A stretch of 64,000 nucleotides of DNA from a bacterium (GCA_023269085.1 JAHFML010000001.1:190356-254355), one strand, 5' to 3'. Counted from the first letter of the stretch, positions 9,393 to 19,660 are shown. Numbers and translations are program-made. Notes: a model not told the origin generated them from the letters alone.

Positions 9393-12300
9393 TTAGTAGG
9401 AGTAGCTGAACGCCGAGCTGGTGAAGTTCTTGAGGAGGTAGCCGTTCGTCCAGTCGCTCGAAGTGAGCGAATGACCTGTTGCTGAGCGATCAGACCACAC
9501 AACGTTGTTGTTCGAAGAGATTCGCGTTGCTGCTGCAGTCGTGCTAGTAGCCGTATTGTCAGACGCAAGCGAAATCGTGAGCGAAGCGCCTGTACTCCAA
9601 CCAGTGACCGTACCATAGAGGTCGTAGGTCTTGGTTTGGCCAGCAGCAACCTGCTGGTATGTCGGGGTACCGGTATTCGTCGTGAGGTTGAACTTTGCCT
9701 TGCTGCTTGCAACAGAGACCGTACCATCATTAATCGCGTTACCCGAAGCGTCATCCGTGAGGTAAAGACCGCTCACGCTTGCCACTGCCTGGTTCACGTT
9801 AAAGTTGATATTGCTCAACTCAATCGCACCTGCAGGGTCAGCAGTTACGCTGAACTTGTAGAGCGGCTGGCCCGTTGCTGGAACCGGCTTCGAGTTGTTC
9901 GGTTGCGGATTGATTGAAGCGAGCGTAGGGATTGACTTGCGGACGTAGAAGGTGCCATTGGAGGCAACATCCGTACCGCTGTTCACGATAGCAAGCGAGG
10001 AGCCTGCGCCATTGAGCGCACGGAAGGTGATACCACCCGTGTTGCCCGCGTCAAGCTTCACGTTGATCGCCGCACCCGAGACAGCACCCGAAGCGACGGT
10101 CGGCGTACCGACATACACATCGAGGTTAGCTGAATCGTTCGTCGGGACGTACATCGTGAGACCGGTGAAGGTCGCTGTCGCGAACGGCTTTGCAGCGTTC
10201 ACGGCAAGCGGCTGAGTCGCCGTCTGCGTTGCGCCAAGCTTGTCCTTGTAGGAGACCGTAACATTCGTGACCGAAGTTGCGGCACTGTTCGGAACGAGGA
10301 TAGCAAGGTTCTGCACCGTGTAGGCCGAGTTCTGGGCTGCGAAGTTGAATTCGCCGACCATCACCGAGCTTGCACCGGCGAGAACATTGTTGCTCACCGG
10401 ATCACCCGCGCCGCGCGATACCGAGAGGGTACCGGCGCCGAGCGAGATGCTCTGGAGATCGACTGACGAGCCGAGCGTTGCCGATGTGCCGGTCAGGTCA
10501 CCGGTACCCGTGGTACCTGTGCCAATCGAAGCAATGATCGTTCCATTACCTGCACTCGAGAGGATATTACCGTAGATGTCGATAGTCTTCGTTGAAGACA
10601 TCGGGACATCGAGGTTCACTGCGTACGAGTTGGAGGTCGACGGGGTCGTGATGACCGATCCAAGCACCGTGCCCGTCACACTGTCCTTGAGCGTCAAGTT
10701 GGTGATCGTCGAGGACACGGCTGCTGCGAAGGTAACGTTGATGGTGTTAACCAACACGCCTTCTGTCGAACCAGCCGAGAGGGTGAACGCGCCAAGCTTG
10801 GCGGCGTTCGCACCTGCGATGATCGTCTGAGCACCGTAGCCCGAGTACTTAGTCGCGGTAAGCGACGAAGCCGAGACTACAACCGCGTTCCCAACAACGA
10901 GAGATGCAGGGACATTTGCCGAGTTGAGCGAAGACTGGCCTTGCGCGTTCGCCGTCGCGGCACCAAGCGTCATTGTGACGCTCACGCCATCGAGGATATT
11001 CACGCTCGCCGTGTCCTTCGCATCAGCATAGACGCTGACCATCGTCGTCTGGCCTGCCGGAAGGATAAGCGAGGAACCGAACGAGAAGTCTGTCTGAGCA
11101 GAGACATCCTTGCCGATATCCTTCGTCGACCCAACCTGCACGCCATTAACCATGATCTTACCGTTCTTCAATCCGCCAACATGGCCGGATGAAACTGTGC
11201 TGTTGCCGTAAACATAAAGGTCGGTGACCTTCACATTCTCACCCGAAGCAAGCATGCTGAAGGTTGCCCAATTTTGATTGGACGCACCGACGGCAATAGT
11301 CTGATTCGGAGAAGAAGGATCCTTCGAGACCGAAACGCCACTCGAAGCATTCACCGAGTTGATTGTTATATCACCCGCGGTGATAGCCGAGAATGTCGCG
11401 CTACCGTTCTTCGGAGTAACTGGCTGACCGAGCTGATTGTCGACAAACATAGCGTCAGATGATCGCTGAACCGACATACGGATAGTGCGCGATGCACCAC
11501 CAGTAATGTTCGCGAAAACCTTGATCACGTGACTCTGTGTCGAAAGCATCACCGGAGCCGCCGAAACATCGAATGTTGCGGTGCGATCTGCGCTCATGCT
11601 CGGGAGCGCGGCACCGGCCTGGACGCCATCAACATAGAGGCGGAGGTTAGTGACGTACACCGAATCAATCGAACCGAGGTTCGTGAAGCGAACCGAAGAA
11701 AGCTTCACCGGGTTGGTGGAGACCGAAACGGTGTCCTGCCAAATCGGGTAGTCATTCTGCGGGCTGATCTGCGTACCGAGACCCGGAGTTACCGGCGAGC
11801 CGTAGCTAACCATCGCAAGGTGCGCGGCGGAGACCGTCTGGTAGCCACCCATGATCGGGAAGTGCACCGACGAGTCGAGCGTACCATTGCTGGTTGCCGA
11901 GACGAGGGAGACGCCGATCTGCTGACCCGAGGTTTCATCCATAATGTCCGAACGAACCGAGACCATGTAGGTCTGGCCTGCCGGCACCGTGAAGATTCCG
12001 GTCGGGCTCGAGAAGGTGAAGGCCGAAGAGTTCACCCCTGCCGAGTCCGTAAGGCGCGTACCCATATTGTAGAGGTACACGTTGGTCAAGGTCTGATCGT
12101 TGGAAACGCCGATACGGTTGAAGGTAAGGGCGGTTACATTGATCGGGGAAGCAGTCGGGTTGCTGAAGACGAAGTCTCCGAGATCACCGATGCCCTGACC
12201 CTGGACGAGGACCGTGCCGTTCGGGCTGGTCGGCGAGAGCATGACCTTGAGGCCAGTGCCCGTACCGAGGCTCACCGTACCGGTCGTACCGCCTGTCGAG

Positions 12301-12758
12301 GTGGACGAACCACCGAAGGCTGCACGGCTCTTGGCGCCGAAGTAGCCGGAGGCCGGCGTAACGCCTGCCGCCATCTGCCACTTGATCACCGCGGCCTTGG
12401 TCATGCTACCGAAGTAGCCAGTTGCCGAGCCAGAGAGATAACCCTTAGTGATAAGGGCACCCTGAAGCGTCGTCACATCTGCGCCAGTCGAACCGACCGT
12501 GAGGTCCTTCGTGATGGCGCCGGTTGCTGCCGGGGTCGTCACTACCGGCGTAGAGCCAGTGAGCGATGCCTGAACATTTGCGATTGTCGATGCGTCAGCA
12601 CCGAACGAAGAGAGGAGCGAGAGGATCGACTGAACCTGCGCGGAGGTCAGAGATGCCGCCTGCGCCATAGGCGCGAGCGAGAGCATCGAAGCTGCCATCG
12701 CGAGTCCTGCCGCCACTGCCGCGACCTTCGCAGTCGCTTTAGAAGTTACAGTTGTCAT
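9393..12758 (-). CDS. giant secreted/surface protein with N-terminal peptidoglycan-binding domain and Thr/Ser/Gly/Val-rich beta-repeat body
   Basis: 1121 aa; signal peptide ending APMAQA; PG_binding_1-like LTVGSTGADVTTLQGALITKGYLSG..FGSMTKAAVIKWQ; rest is low-complexity repeat. Confidence 0.6.
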   Translation of the reverse strand: MTTVTSKATAKVAAVAAGLAMAASMLSLAPMAQAASLTSAQVQSILSLLSSFGADASTIANVQASLTGSTPVVTTPAATGAITKDLTVGSTGADVTTLQGALITKGYLSGSATGYFGSMTKAAVIKWQMAAGVTPASGYFGAKSRAAFGGSSTSTGGTTGTVSLGTGTGLKVMLSPTSPNGTVLVQGQGIGDLGDFVFSNPTASPINVTALTFNRIGVSNDQTLTNVYLYNMGTRLTDSAGVNSSAFTFSSPTGIFTVPAGQTYMVSVRSDIMDETSGQQIGVSLVSATSNGTLDSSVHFPIMGGYQTVSAAHLAMVSYGSPVTPGLGTQISPQNDYPIWQDTVSVSTNPVKLSSVRFTNLGSIDSVYVTNLRLYVDGVQAGAALPSMSADRTATFDVSAAPVMLSTQSHVIKVFANITGGASRTIRMSVQRSSDAMFVDNQLGQPVTPKNGSATFSAITAGDITINSVNASSGVSVSKDPSSPNQTIAVGASNQNWATFSMLASGENVKVTDLYVYGNSTVSSGHVGGLKNGKIMVNGVQVGSTKDIGKDVSAQTDFSFGSSLILPAGQTTMVSVYADAKDTASVNILDGVSVTMTLGAATANAQGQSSLNSANVPASLVVGNAVVVSASSLTATKYSGYGAQTIIAGANAAKLGAFTLSAGSTEGVLVNTINVTFAAAVSSTITNLTLKDSVTGTVLGSVITTPSTSNSYAVNLDVPMSSTKTIDIYGNILSSAGNGTIIASIGTGTTGTGDLTGTSATLGSSVDLQSISLGAGTLSVSRGAGDPVSNNVLAGASSVMVGEFNFAAQNSAYTVQNLAILVPNSAATSVTNVTVSYKDKLGATQTATQPLAVNAAKPFATATFTGLTMYVPTNDSANLDVYVGTPTVASGAVSGAAINVKLDAGNTGGITFRALNGAGSSLAIVNSGTDVASNGTFYVRKSIPTLASINPQPNNSKPVPATGQPLYKFSVTADPAGAIELSNINFNVNQAVASVSGLYLTDDASGNAINDGTVSVASSKAKFNLTTNTGTPTYQQVAAGQTKTYDLYGTVTGWSTGASLTISLASDNTATSTTAAATRISSNNNVVWSDRSATGHSLTSSDWTNGYLLKNFTSSAFSYSY

Positions 12759-13148
12759 AACAATGATTAATTATTTTAGAGCACATAGTAAGCCAATAGA
12801 ATCGCACAATAGACGCACACATAACACGCGCACTTTCACTCTATCCCACAGCGCACAGTTTCGACCGGTGCGCCATGGATTAGTTAGCAAGATTCTGGTG
12901 ACTCCGTGAAGTCACTATTCAGTTTTCAAAGTACGCCCTTCCAAGAACAACAATCGTCCCTATAAGGGCTACCGCTAAGTATATAGCGGAACTGCGGTTC
13001 GCGGGTGCTGATGTGTGGATAACGACGAGAGAATAGGAACGCAGAAAAGGCCGTTGCCAGCCTGTGTCTCGCCCCTATGCCCTGATCGCTACCACAGGCA
13101 CCATACTAGCAGATACGCACGGGATAGTCAAAATCTTTCTGTGCCCGC

Positions 13149-13173
13149 TTGAGTAAGGTCGGACCTTACTCAA
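13149..13173. repeat. REP-like palindrome (copy 4)
   Basis: TTGAGTAAGGTCGGACCTTACTCAA directly after the stop codon of 13174..14046. Confidence 0.55.
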
Positions 13174-14046
13174 CTAGGCGAGGGAGTAGGTGCTCCAACG
13201 GCGCTCGCCGGTCTTCTCTACCGTGCCCGCCGCGACGAGGCTTGCGAGCTCGCGCTGGATGGTCTTCTCGGAGACGCCGCGGATCATCGTCGAGATGTCT
13301 TTGATGCTCACGCTCCCCTTCTGCCGTATCAGAGACAGCACCGTTTCGCTTCTGTCCTTTATCTGCGGGCGGTGTCCTTTATCTGTTTTCTGTTCATGTC
13401 CTTTATTCTGCATCTCCACTTTGCGCGTCGCCGGACGCGGCACGGCCGAACTGGTCGAGGCGGCGCGTGCGGTCGCCGACGCCTCTTGTCGTGGCATCTG
13501 CCTTGCGATGTCGGCGAGCGTCGGCGCGTCATCGAGGAAGAGGCGCGGCTCTTCGTAGGCCGCCACTTCTTGAAGTAAAACATGGGCTTCACGCGCAATG
13601 AGGTCGGCGTTCATCGCCGAGAGGAGACCGCCGGTGCGTGCGATAGCGAGCACGCTCGAGAGAGCGAGGAGCTCCCGCGAGAGTGCGAGCCGCGCACCAC
13701 CGGGTGGCAATACCGCAGCGTCGATGAGACCGATAGCGACCGCGTCGATCCGATCGCGGAGCGAAGGCGCTTCGATGAAGGCAGGGGCCACGAGATGGAG
13801 CGCTTTGGCGAGCCGCTCGGCCTTCTTGTAGATAAAGACGCGGCGTATGTCCTTTTCAAATATGTTATTGAATATGCTTTTTTCTAAGACAAAGTCTTCT
13901 TGTCGGGCTTGGCTCGCGGGAGTATGCGGGTTTCGCGCTTCAAGCTGGTGTCCTAGAGATGTTGCTTCGCGTCCCATACGTATATAGGACAGTATACGCG
14001 CGCGCGCTTGCTCTGCAACTGCGCTCTCCTCGCCCACCCCCCACAA
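13174..14046 (-). CDS. hypothetical protein with C-terminal winged-helix DNA-binding domain
   Basis: C-terminal SVSIKDISTMIRGVSEKTIQRELASLVAAGTVEKTGERRWSTYSL; internal KGHEQKTDKGHRPQIKD repeat; true start uncertain. Confidence 0.4.
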   Translation of the reverse strand: MWGVGEESAVAEQARARILSYIRMGREATSLGHQLEARNPHTPASQARQEDFVLEKSIFNNIFEKDIRRVFIYKKAERLAKALHLVAPAFIEAPSLRDRIDAVAIGLIDAAVLPPGGARLALSRELLALSSVLAIARTGGLLSAMNADLIAREAHVLLQEVAAYEEPRLFLDDAPTLADIARQMPRQEASATARAASTSSAVPRPATRKVEMQNKGHEQKTDKGHRPQIKDRSETVLSLIRQKGSVSIKDISTMIRGVSEKTIQRELASLVAAGTVEKTGERRWSTYSLA

Positions 14047-14078
14047 GAATTACGGCAAGTGCTACAATATACCTATAT

Positions 14079-16292
14079 ATGAGCCGAAAAAGTAACCCTA
14101 CGCGTGGCGGGCGCGCGCGCAAATCAGAAGTTCGTGAGTATAGTGCCGTACTTCGTTATGCCTCAGCTATCGCGCTCCTCGCGTGCGGCGTTATCCTCCT
14201 CCTCTCCTTCTTCGGTGCGGCGGGGCCCGTCGGCAGTATCGCCTTCAGCGCGAGCTATGCCGTCGTCGGCATCGGCTCTTTCGTCCTCCCGCTCGCGCTC
14301 ATCGGCCTCGGGCTCTTCGCGAGCTTCGGGCGGCCGCGCGTCGAGCCGCTCATCGCGAGCGGCTCGCTCCTTATCGCCGCATCGGTGCTCGCGCTCGCCG
14401 GGCTCTTCCCCGGGGCCGAGTTCGGCGGTGTGGCGGGCAGCTGGCTCGGCGGACTGCTCACGAGCTTCTTCGGCTTCTGGGGCTCGCTTGTCCTCCTCGT
14501 CGCGGCGGCGGCTATCGGCGTCGCTATCGTGAGCGATATCGAATCGCTCGTGATACTGCTCGGCGAGAATGTCTCGTCGCTCTGGACGCGTTTGCAAGAA
14601 CACCGCGCCGCACGAAACGCTGACGAAGCGTCTGAAGAAGAGTTCGATGATGTCGTCGGCGTCCCTGAAGAGAGCATGGATGAAGCCCTAGAAGACGATG
14701 TTGAAAAATCAGAGCAGGTCGAAGCCGAGCATGAGCCCGTCATCACGATGTTCGATCGCACGGCCACCAGAGACGCCGCCATCGCAAACTTCGATGCTGA
14801 ATACGACCCGCCGCCACTCTCTATCCTCGGCGCCGACAAGGGCAAGCCGGGCGTCGGCGATATCAAGGCGAACGCGAACATCATCAAGCGCACCTTCCAG
14901 AACTTCGGCATCAATCTCGAGATGGACGAGGTCTCGGTCGGCCCCACGGTCACCCGCTATGCCGTGAAGCCGGCCGAGGGCGTCCGCCTCTCCAAGATCG
15001 TCTCGCTCGCGAGCAATCTCGAGCTCGCCCTCGCGGCTCACCCCGTGCGCATCGAGGCGCCGATCCCGGGCAAGTCGCTCGTCGGCATCGAGGTACCGAA
15101 CTCGGTCAAGGCGATGGTCGGTCTCGGCGGTATCCTCTCCTCTCCCGCGTGGACCGAGAGTCAGAAGCCCCTCTTAGCCGCGCTCGGCCGCGATATCACC
15201 GGCACGCCGCACTACGCGAACATCGCGAAGATGCCCCACGGCCTCGTCGCCGGTGCGACTGGCTCAGGCAAGTCGGTCGCTATCCACGCTATCATCACCT
15301 CGCTCCTATATCGGAACGGCCCCAATCAGCTCCGCTTCATCATGATCGACCCGAAGCGCGTCGAGCTCACGGCCTACAACGGTATCCCGCATCTCCTCAC
15401 ACCGGTCATCACCGACCCGAAGAAGACCATCTTCTCCTTGAAGTGGGCGGCGAAGGAAATGGAACGCCGCTACAATATCCTCGAAGCGAATCATGTGCGC
15501 GACGTCGAGTCCTATCACACGACCATCTTTGAGCCGGCGAAGGAGAAACTGCGCGAGGGGGACACGATGCCCGAGGCGCTCCCGTATATCGTCATCGTCA
15601 TCGACGAGCTCGCGGATATCATGCAGAGCTACCCGCGCGAGCTCGAGAGCTCGATTGTCCGTCTCGCGCAGATGAGCCGCGCGGTCGGCATCCATCTCAT
15701 CCTCTCGACCCAACGCCCGAGCGTGAACGTCATCACCGGCCTCATCAAGGCGAATGTCCCGACCCGCATGGCACTCCAGGTCGCGTCGCAGATAGATTCG
15801 CGCACTATCCTCGACGGCGCGGGCGCAGAGACGCTGCTCGGCGCGGGCGATATGCTCTACCTCGCGAGCGATATGCAGAAGCCGGTGCGCATTCAGACCG
15901 CCTATATCAGCGAGAGCGAGGTCAAGAAGGTCGTGTCCTATATAAAAGGACATAACGCCGGCGATCTCTCGAGTATCGACTTCGGCGGGAGCGGGACGAG
16001 CATCCCGGGCGAGCCGAACGATGTTATCGGCCTCGTAAATGGCAGCTTCGACGACGAGGACGATGACGATCTCTACGACGAGGCCCGCGCCGCGGTCGAG
16101 GCTGCTGGCCGTGCCTCGACCTCCTATCTCCAGCGTAAGCTCAAGATAGGCTACTCGCGCGCGGCGCGGCTCATGGATGTCCTTGAGGCGAAGGGGGTTA
16201 TAGGACAAGCGGACGGGAGCAAACCCCGCGAGGTGCTCACCGTCGCGCCCCGCCATACTCACGATGCTGATGACGCTCACGAGGATTTCTAA
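14079..16292 (+). CDS. ftsK: DNA translocase FtsK/SpoIIIE
   Basis: start at MSRKSNPTRGG (in frame with ORF 13959..); N-terminal TM helices; motor domain with Walker A GATGSGKS, gamma domain at C-terminus. Confidence 0.9.
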   Translation: MSRKSNPTRGGRARKSEVREYSAVLRYASAIALLACGVILLLSFFGAAGPVGSIAFSASYAVVGIGSFVLPLALIGLGLFASFGRPRVEPLIASGSLLIAASVLALAGLFPGAEFGGVAGSWLGGLLTSFFGFWGSLVLLVAAAAIGVAIVSDIESLVILLGENVSSLWTRLQEHRAARNADEASEEEFDDVVGVPEESMDEALEDDVEKSEQVEAEHEPVITMFDRTATRDAAIANFDAEYDPPPLSILGADKGKPGVGDIKANANIIKRTFQNFGINLEMDEVSVGPTVTRYAVKPAEGVRLSKIVSLASNLELALAAHPVRIEAPIPGKSLVGIEVPNSVKAMVGLGGILSSPAWTESQKPLLAALGRDITGTPHYANIAKMPHGLVAGATGSGKSVAIHAIITSLLYRNGPNQLRFIMIDPKRVELTAYNGIPHLLTPVITDPKKTIFSLKWAAKEMERRYNILEANHVRDVESYHTTIFEPAKEKLREGDTMPEALPYIVIVIDELADIMQSYPRELESSIVRLAQMSRAVGIHLILSTQRPSVNVITGLIKANVPTRMALQVASQIDSRTILDGAGAETLLGAGDMLYLASDMQKPVRIQTAYISESEVKKVVSYIKGHNAGDLSSIDFGGSGTSIPGEPNDVIGLVNGSFDDEDDDDLYDEARAAVEAAGRASTSYLQRKLKIGYSRAARLMDVLEAKGVIGQADGSKPREVLTVAPRHTHDADDAHEDF

Positions 16293-16295
16293 TCC

Positions 16296-16622
16296 ATGCT
16301 TCGCTTCTTCATCGCCGGCATCCTCCTCCTCTTCGCCGGCTATGGCCTCATCGAAGGCTGGCCGCTCATCGCGGGCCCATCGCTCGTTGTCGTGACACCG
16401 GCAGAAGGCGCGACATCGCAAAACGGCATCATCGACGTGAGCGGCCGGGCGGCGCGCGTCGCTCTCCTCACGCTCGACGGCGCCAGCCTCCTGCACGATG
16501 AGGCAGGCAACTTCTCGGCGACCCTCACCTTCCCCCGCGGCGCGTCGATCCTCACCTTCTCGGCGACCGACCGCTTCGGGAGGAGGGTCAGTACCACTCG
16601 CAGTATTTTCGTATCAGAGTAA
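16296..16622 (+). CDS. small membrane-anchored hypothetical protein
   Basis: 108 aa; N-terminal TM; starts 4 nt after ftsK stop. Confidence 0.35.
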   Translation: MLRFFIAGILLLFAGYGLIEGWPLIAGPSLVVVTPAEGATSQNGIIDVSGRAARVALLTLDGASLLHDEAGNFSATLTFPRGASILTFSATDRFGRRVSTTRSIFVSE

Positions 16623-16632
16623 TATATAGAGT

Positions 16633-17679
16633 ATGGCATTCAAAAAACCCGCAAAAGAAAAAGTGTTGAAGACCGTCTCTGCCGCGAGTGATGATAAAGA
16701 CGAGCGGCAGAAGTCGATTGACCAAGCGCTCAAAGATATCCGTGCGAAGTTCGGCGATGAAGCGATCTCGGTCTTCGGCGCTGGCACCCCGAAGAAGATA
16801 CCGGCGATACCGACCGGCTCGATCGGCCTCGACGCCGCGCTTGGCATCGGCGGTCTCCCCCGCGGCCGGATCATCGAGATCTTCGGCCCCGAGAGCTCTG
16901 GCAAGACGACGCTCGCGCTCCACTCGATCGCCGAGGCGCAGCGGCTCGGCGGCATCGCGGCCTTCGTCGACGCCGAGCACGCGCTCGACCCCGAGTATGC
17001 GCGACGCATCGGCGTGAAGCTGACCGAGCTCCTCATATCTCAGCCCGACACCGGCGAGCAAGCGCTCGATATCGTCGAGAGCCTCGTGCGGAGCGGCAAT
17101 GTCGATATTATCGTCATCGACTCGGTCGCGGCGCTCACACCGAAGGATGAGATCGAGGGCGAGATGGGCCAACAACATGTCGGCAAGCAGGCACGCCTCA
17201 TGAGCCAAGCCCTACGCAAGCTCACCGCCATCGTCGCGCGATCGAAGACCATCGTCATCTTCATCAATCAGATCCGCATGCAGATTGGCGTCATGTTCGG
17301 CAACCCCGAGACCACGCCGGGCGGCAAGGCGCTCAAGTTCTACACTTCAGTGCGCCTCGACATTCGCCGTATCGCGAGTATCAAGAAGGGCGAAGAGGTC
17401 GTCGGTGGCCGCGTGCGGGTGAAGGTGGTCAAGAACAAAGTCGCCGCGCCCTTCAAGACGACCGAGTTCGACCTGCTCTACAACGAGGGCATCAGCAAGG
17501 AGGGCGAGCTTCTCGCGCTCGGCGAGAAGTATGAGCTCGTGCAGAAGAGCGGCGCCTCCTACAAGATGGGCGAAGTCGCGCTCGGTCGGGGCTATGACGC
17601 CGCACGCACCTTCCTCCGTGAGAACAAGCCCGTCGCCAAAGACCTCTTGAAGCAAATCGAGGCGAAGCTGGGGGAATAG
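16633..17679 (+). CDS. recA: recombinase RecA
   Basis: 348 aa; [12 protein letters not shown] Walker A and canonical RecA core. Confidence 0.97.
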   Translation: MAFKKPAKEKVLKTVSAASDDKDERQKSIDQALKDIRAKFGDEAISVFGAGTPKKIPAIPTGSIGLDAALGIGGLPRGRIIEIFGPESSGKTTLALHSIAEAQRLGGIAAFVDAEHALDPEYARRIGVKLTELLISQPDTGEQALDIVESLVRSGNVDIIVIDSVAALTPKDEIEGEMGQQHVGKQARLMSQALRKLTAIVARSKTIVIFINQIRMQIGVMFGNPETTPGGKALKFYTSVRLDIRRIASIKKGEEVVGGRVRVKVVKNKVAAPFKTTEFDLLYNEGISKEGELLALGEKYELVQKSGASYKMGEVALGRGYDAARTFLRENKPVAKDLLKQIEAKLGE

Positions 17680-17680
17680 A

Positions 17681-17710
17681 AAAGGCCGTCGCGTGGACGG
17701 CCTTTTTGTG
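17681..17710 (+). terminator. rho-independent terminator of recA
   Basis: GGCCGTC-GCGTG-GACGGCC hairpin followed by TTTTTG. Confidence 0.65.
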
Positions 17711-17722
17711 CCAAATGCTTGC

Positions 17723-17944
17723 TTACGCAAGGAGACCTCCAACGATGGCCTCGATGGTCGATTCGCGATCCTTCACATTTGCGGGGCAACATGTGTAAAT
17801 CGCATACATAACAAGTATGGTCGTGAGATTGTTCCTCACAATCTCGATGAGTCGCGCGCGACTTATTCCTGACGATTTGATTTCCGCAGGGTTATTTTCC
17901 TGCACCGTCCACTTGATAAAGTCCGTATCCAATTCCGTGGTCAT
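17723..17944 (-). CDS. hypothetical small protein
   Basis: 73-aa ORF, no recognisable domain. Confidence 0.2.
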   Translation of the reverse strand: MTTELDTDFIKWTVQENNPAEIKSSGISRARLIEIVRNNLTTILVMYAIYTCCPANVKDRESTIEAIVGGLLA

Positions 17945-18025
17945 TTGACTATCTCCTTGTGTACAAGCCGAGATGACTGTACCTCAAACAGTTGCCCAAA
18001 GCAACTTGGACATCCGATGTCCAAG

Positions 18026-18367
18026 TTACGGAATCGGATGTTTCGCGAGATACGCGACGAGAGGCGTCTTGAGTGTTGGCAGATCAGAGACAATGGTATT
18101 CCAAACGAGCGAGAGGACGATGTCATAATACTCGTGCGCGACGATGTTGCGGAAGCCGATGATCTTCTTCCACGGTACGTCGACCTCTTCTCTCGTCGCA
18201 TCAGAAACGCGCTTCGCCATCTCACCGATCTGTTGCATCTGCATCAGGACTGCGCTTTGCTTCTGCTCGTCTCTTTCAAAATCCTCGAACGATACGTCGC
18301 CAACAAAGCGCTGAACCTTGTCGATATTCTCGATCATTTGTGCGATGTAGGGGCTATCCTCTTTCAT
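18026..18367 (-). CDS. hepT: HepT-like (HEPN/DUF86) toxin
   Basis: 113 aa; HEPN Rx4-6H motif RNIVAHEY; paired with upstream MNT gene. Confidence 0.7.
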   Translation of the reverse strand: MKEDSPYIAQMIENIDKVQRFVGDVSFEDFERDEQKQSAVLMQMQQIGEMAKRVSDATREEVDVPWKKIIGFRNIVAHEYYDIVLSLVWNTIVSDLPTLKTPLVAYLAKHPIP

Positions 18368-18668
18368 AAATCGGCACGATCTCGGGGAGAATATAGGGAC
18401 GAAGAAATTTGTTCATGCTCCCTTCGGGGACGATATCGACCTCGCGGCCGAGCTCGTGCTCAAGCTGTTCCTGCATATCCATAAAAGCGAAAAGTCCCAT
18501 CTGCGGATCAAGACGGACCATGATATCGACATCGCTGTCCTGCTGCGCTTCCCCGCGCGCCTGACTACCGAAGAGTGCGGCGTAGCTGACGCCGTACTTC
18601 TCGAATACGGGTCGTGTCTTGTCTGAAATAGTCTGAATGTCTGCGCTCATGGGCGCATGATACCACAC
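18354..18668 (-). CDS. mntA: MntA-like minimal nucleotidyltransferase antitoxin
   Basis: GSQARGEAQQDSDVDIMV (GSx9-13DxD nucleotidyltransferase motif); overlaps hepT. Confidence 0.7.
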   Translation of the reverse strand: MWYHAPMSADIQTISDKTRPVFEKYGVSYAALFGSQARGEAQQDSDVDIMVRLDPQMGLFAFMDMQEQLEHELGREVDIVPEGSMNKFLRPYILPEIVPIYERG

Positions 18669-19022
18669 CTATGCCCGAGCAGGGGTGATGAAAAATTGAG
18701 CGAGGAGGCGGGCGGTCTCGCGGGCGAGGATGATGAGGGCGAGGAGCGTGGCGACGATGAGCGCCTCGACGAGGAAATGCGTGTGGAAGAAAGCGGAGAG
18801 CCAGAAGCTCGTCTGTGCCGAGAGGCTCGCGACCTGTGGCATGTTCGCGAAGACCTTCGCGACCCACACTTCCCTCCCGATGCCATAGAGCGCGGCCGCC
18901 GCAACGGCGGCCGCGAGAACCGTGTTCGAAGCAAGCGCCCGCAAGACACGCATGCGGTACACGCGCTTCATCACGACTCTTTCGATACTGGTAGGTTGTT
19001 CAGTCATAGTGTTGCTTATCAT
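18669..19022 (-). CDS. putative membrane anti-sigma factor
   Basis: 117 aa, one TM segment, overlaps the 3' end of the ECF sigma gene. Confidence 0.35.
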   Translation of the reverse strand: MISNTMTEQPTSIERVVMKRVYRMRVLRALASNTVLAAAVAAAALYGIGREVWVAKVFANMPQVASLSAQTSFWLSAFFHTHFLVEALIVATLLALIILARETARLLAQFFITPARA

Positions 19023-19596
19023 ACGCTTGTTTAAAAAGTTTTTTCGCCCGATGCACGCGCGTCTTCACGGCCGGGATCGAGAGCCGCTCGCTCGCAGCAA
19101 TCTCCTCCTGCGTCTTGCCCTCGATAAATTGTAACCGCAAGATACGCGACGCGGTTTCGGGAAGCTTCGCAAGTGCCATAACGACCTCGTCGCGAATCGT
19201 GAGATCCTCGATGAAGCCACCCCGCTCGTCGGGCAGAGATTCATAATGCTCCGGCTCGAGCTCGACGACCTTGCCCCAAAGCCGTCTCTGCCCCGCATAA
19301 CGCGTGTAGGCGACGCGATTGAGGATAGTGTACATCCACGAGGCGAAGGTCGCGCCCTCTTGCGGAACATACTTGTCGGCATAGAGATACATCTTGGTGA
19401 AGGCGTCCTGCACGACCTCTTCGGCATCCTCGGGGCTCCGCACTATCACCTTCGCACGGCGTAGAAGCGCGGCCTCGTGTCGCCGGACGAGAATGGCGAA
19501 GAGCTCCGGCTCCTGGCGGGAGCGCGCGAGCACCGTAGCGTCCCCGAGCGCCGCGAGATCCTCGGTAGTTGAAAAAGTCATGGTTGCCTGTATCAT
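19000..19596 (-). CDS. ECF-family RNA polymerase sigma factor (sigma-70 regions 2 and 4)
   Basis: 198 aa; region 2 (DAEEVVQDAFTKMY...) and region 4 HTH (EGKTQEEIAASERLSIPAVKTRVHRAKKL). Confidence 0.75.
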   Translation of the reverse strand: MIQATMTFSTTEDLAALGDATVLARSRQEPELFAILVRRHEAALLRRAKVIVRSPEDAEEVVQDAFTKMYLYADKYVPQEGATFASWMYTILNRVAYTRYAGQRRLWGKVVELEPEHYESLPDERGGFIEDLTIRDEVVMALAKLPETASRILRLQFIEGKTQEEIAASERLSIPAVKTRVHRAKKLFKQAYDKQHYD

Positions 19597-19660
19597 ACGC
19601 CTAACCCCTTAGGGGCGATACTTTTTATAACTTCGCTTATTATCCTTTAGTTTCAGACCT

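Noticed and set aside
11529-12770. 413-aa + strand ORF
   Set aside because: Antisense to the giant surface-protein gene. Extreme Arg/His/Cys/Gly content. The same applies to 32449..34098(+), 15306..16496(-), 21051..22169(+), 16588..17208(-), 6018..6698(+) and 60565..61770(-).
13355-13410. Short direct repeats CGGTGTCCTTTATCTG x2-3
   Set aside because: They lie inside a coding region and encode a repeated DKGH(E/R) peptide. No spacer-repeat periodicity, so not a CRISPR array.
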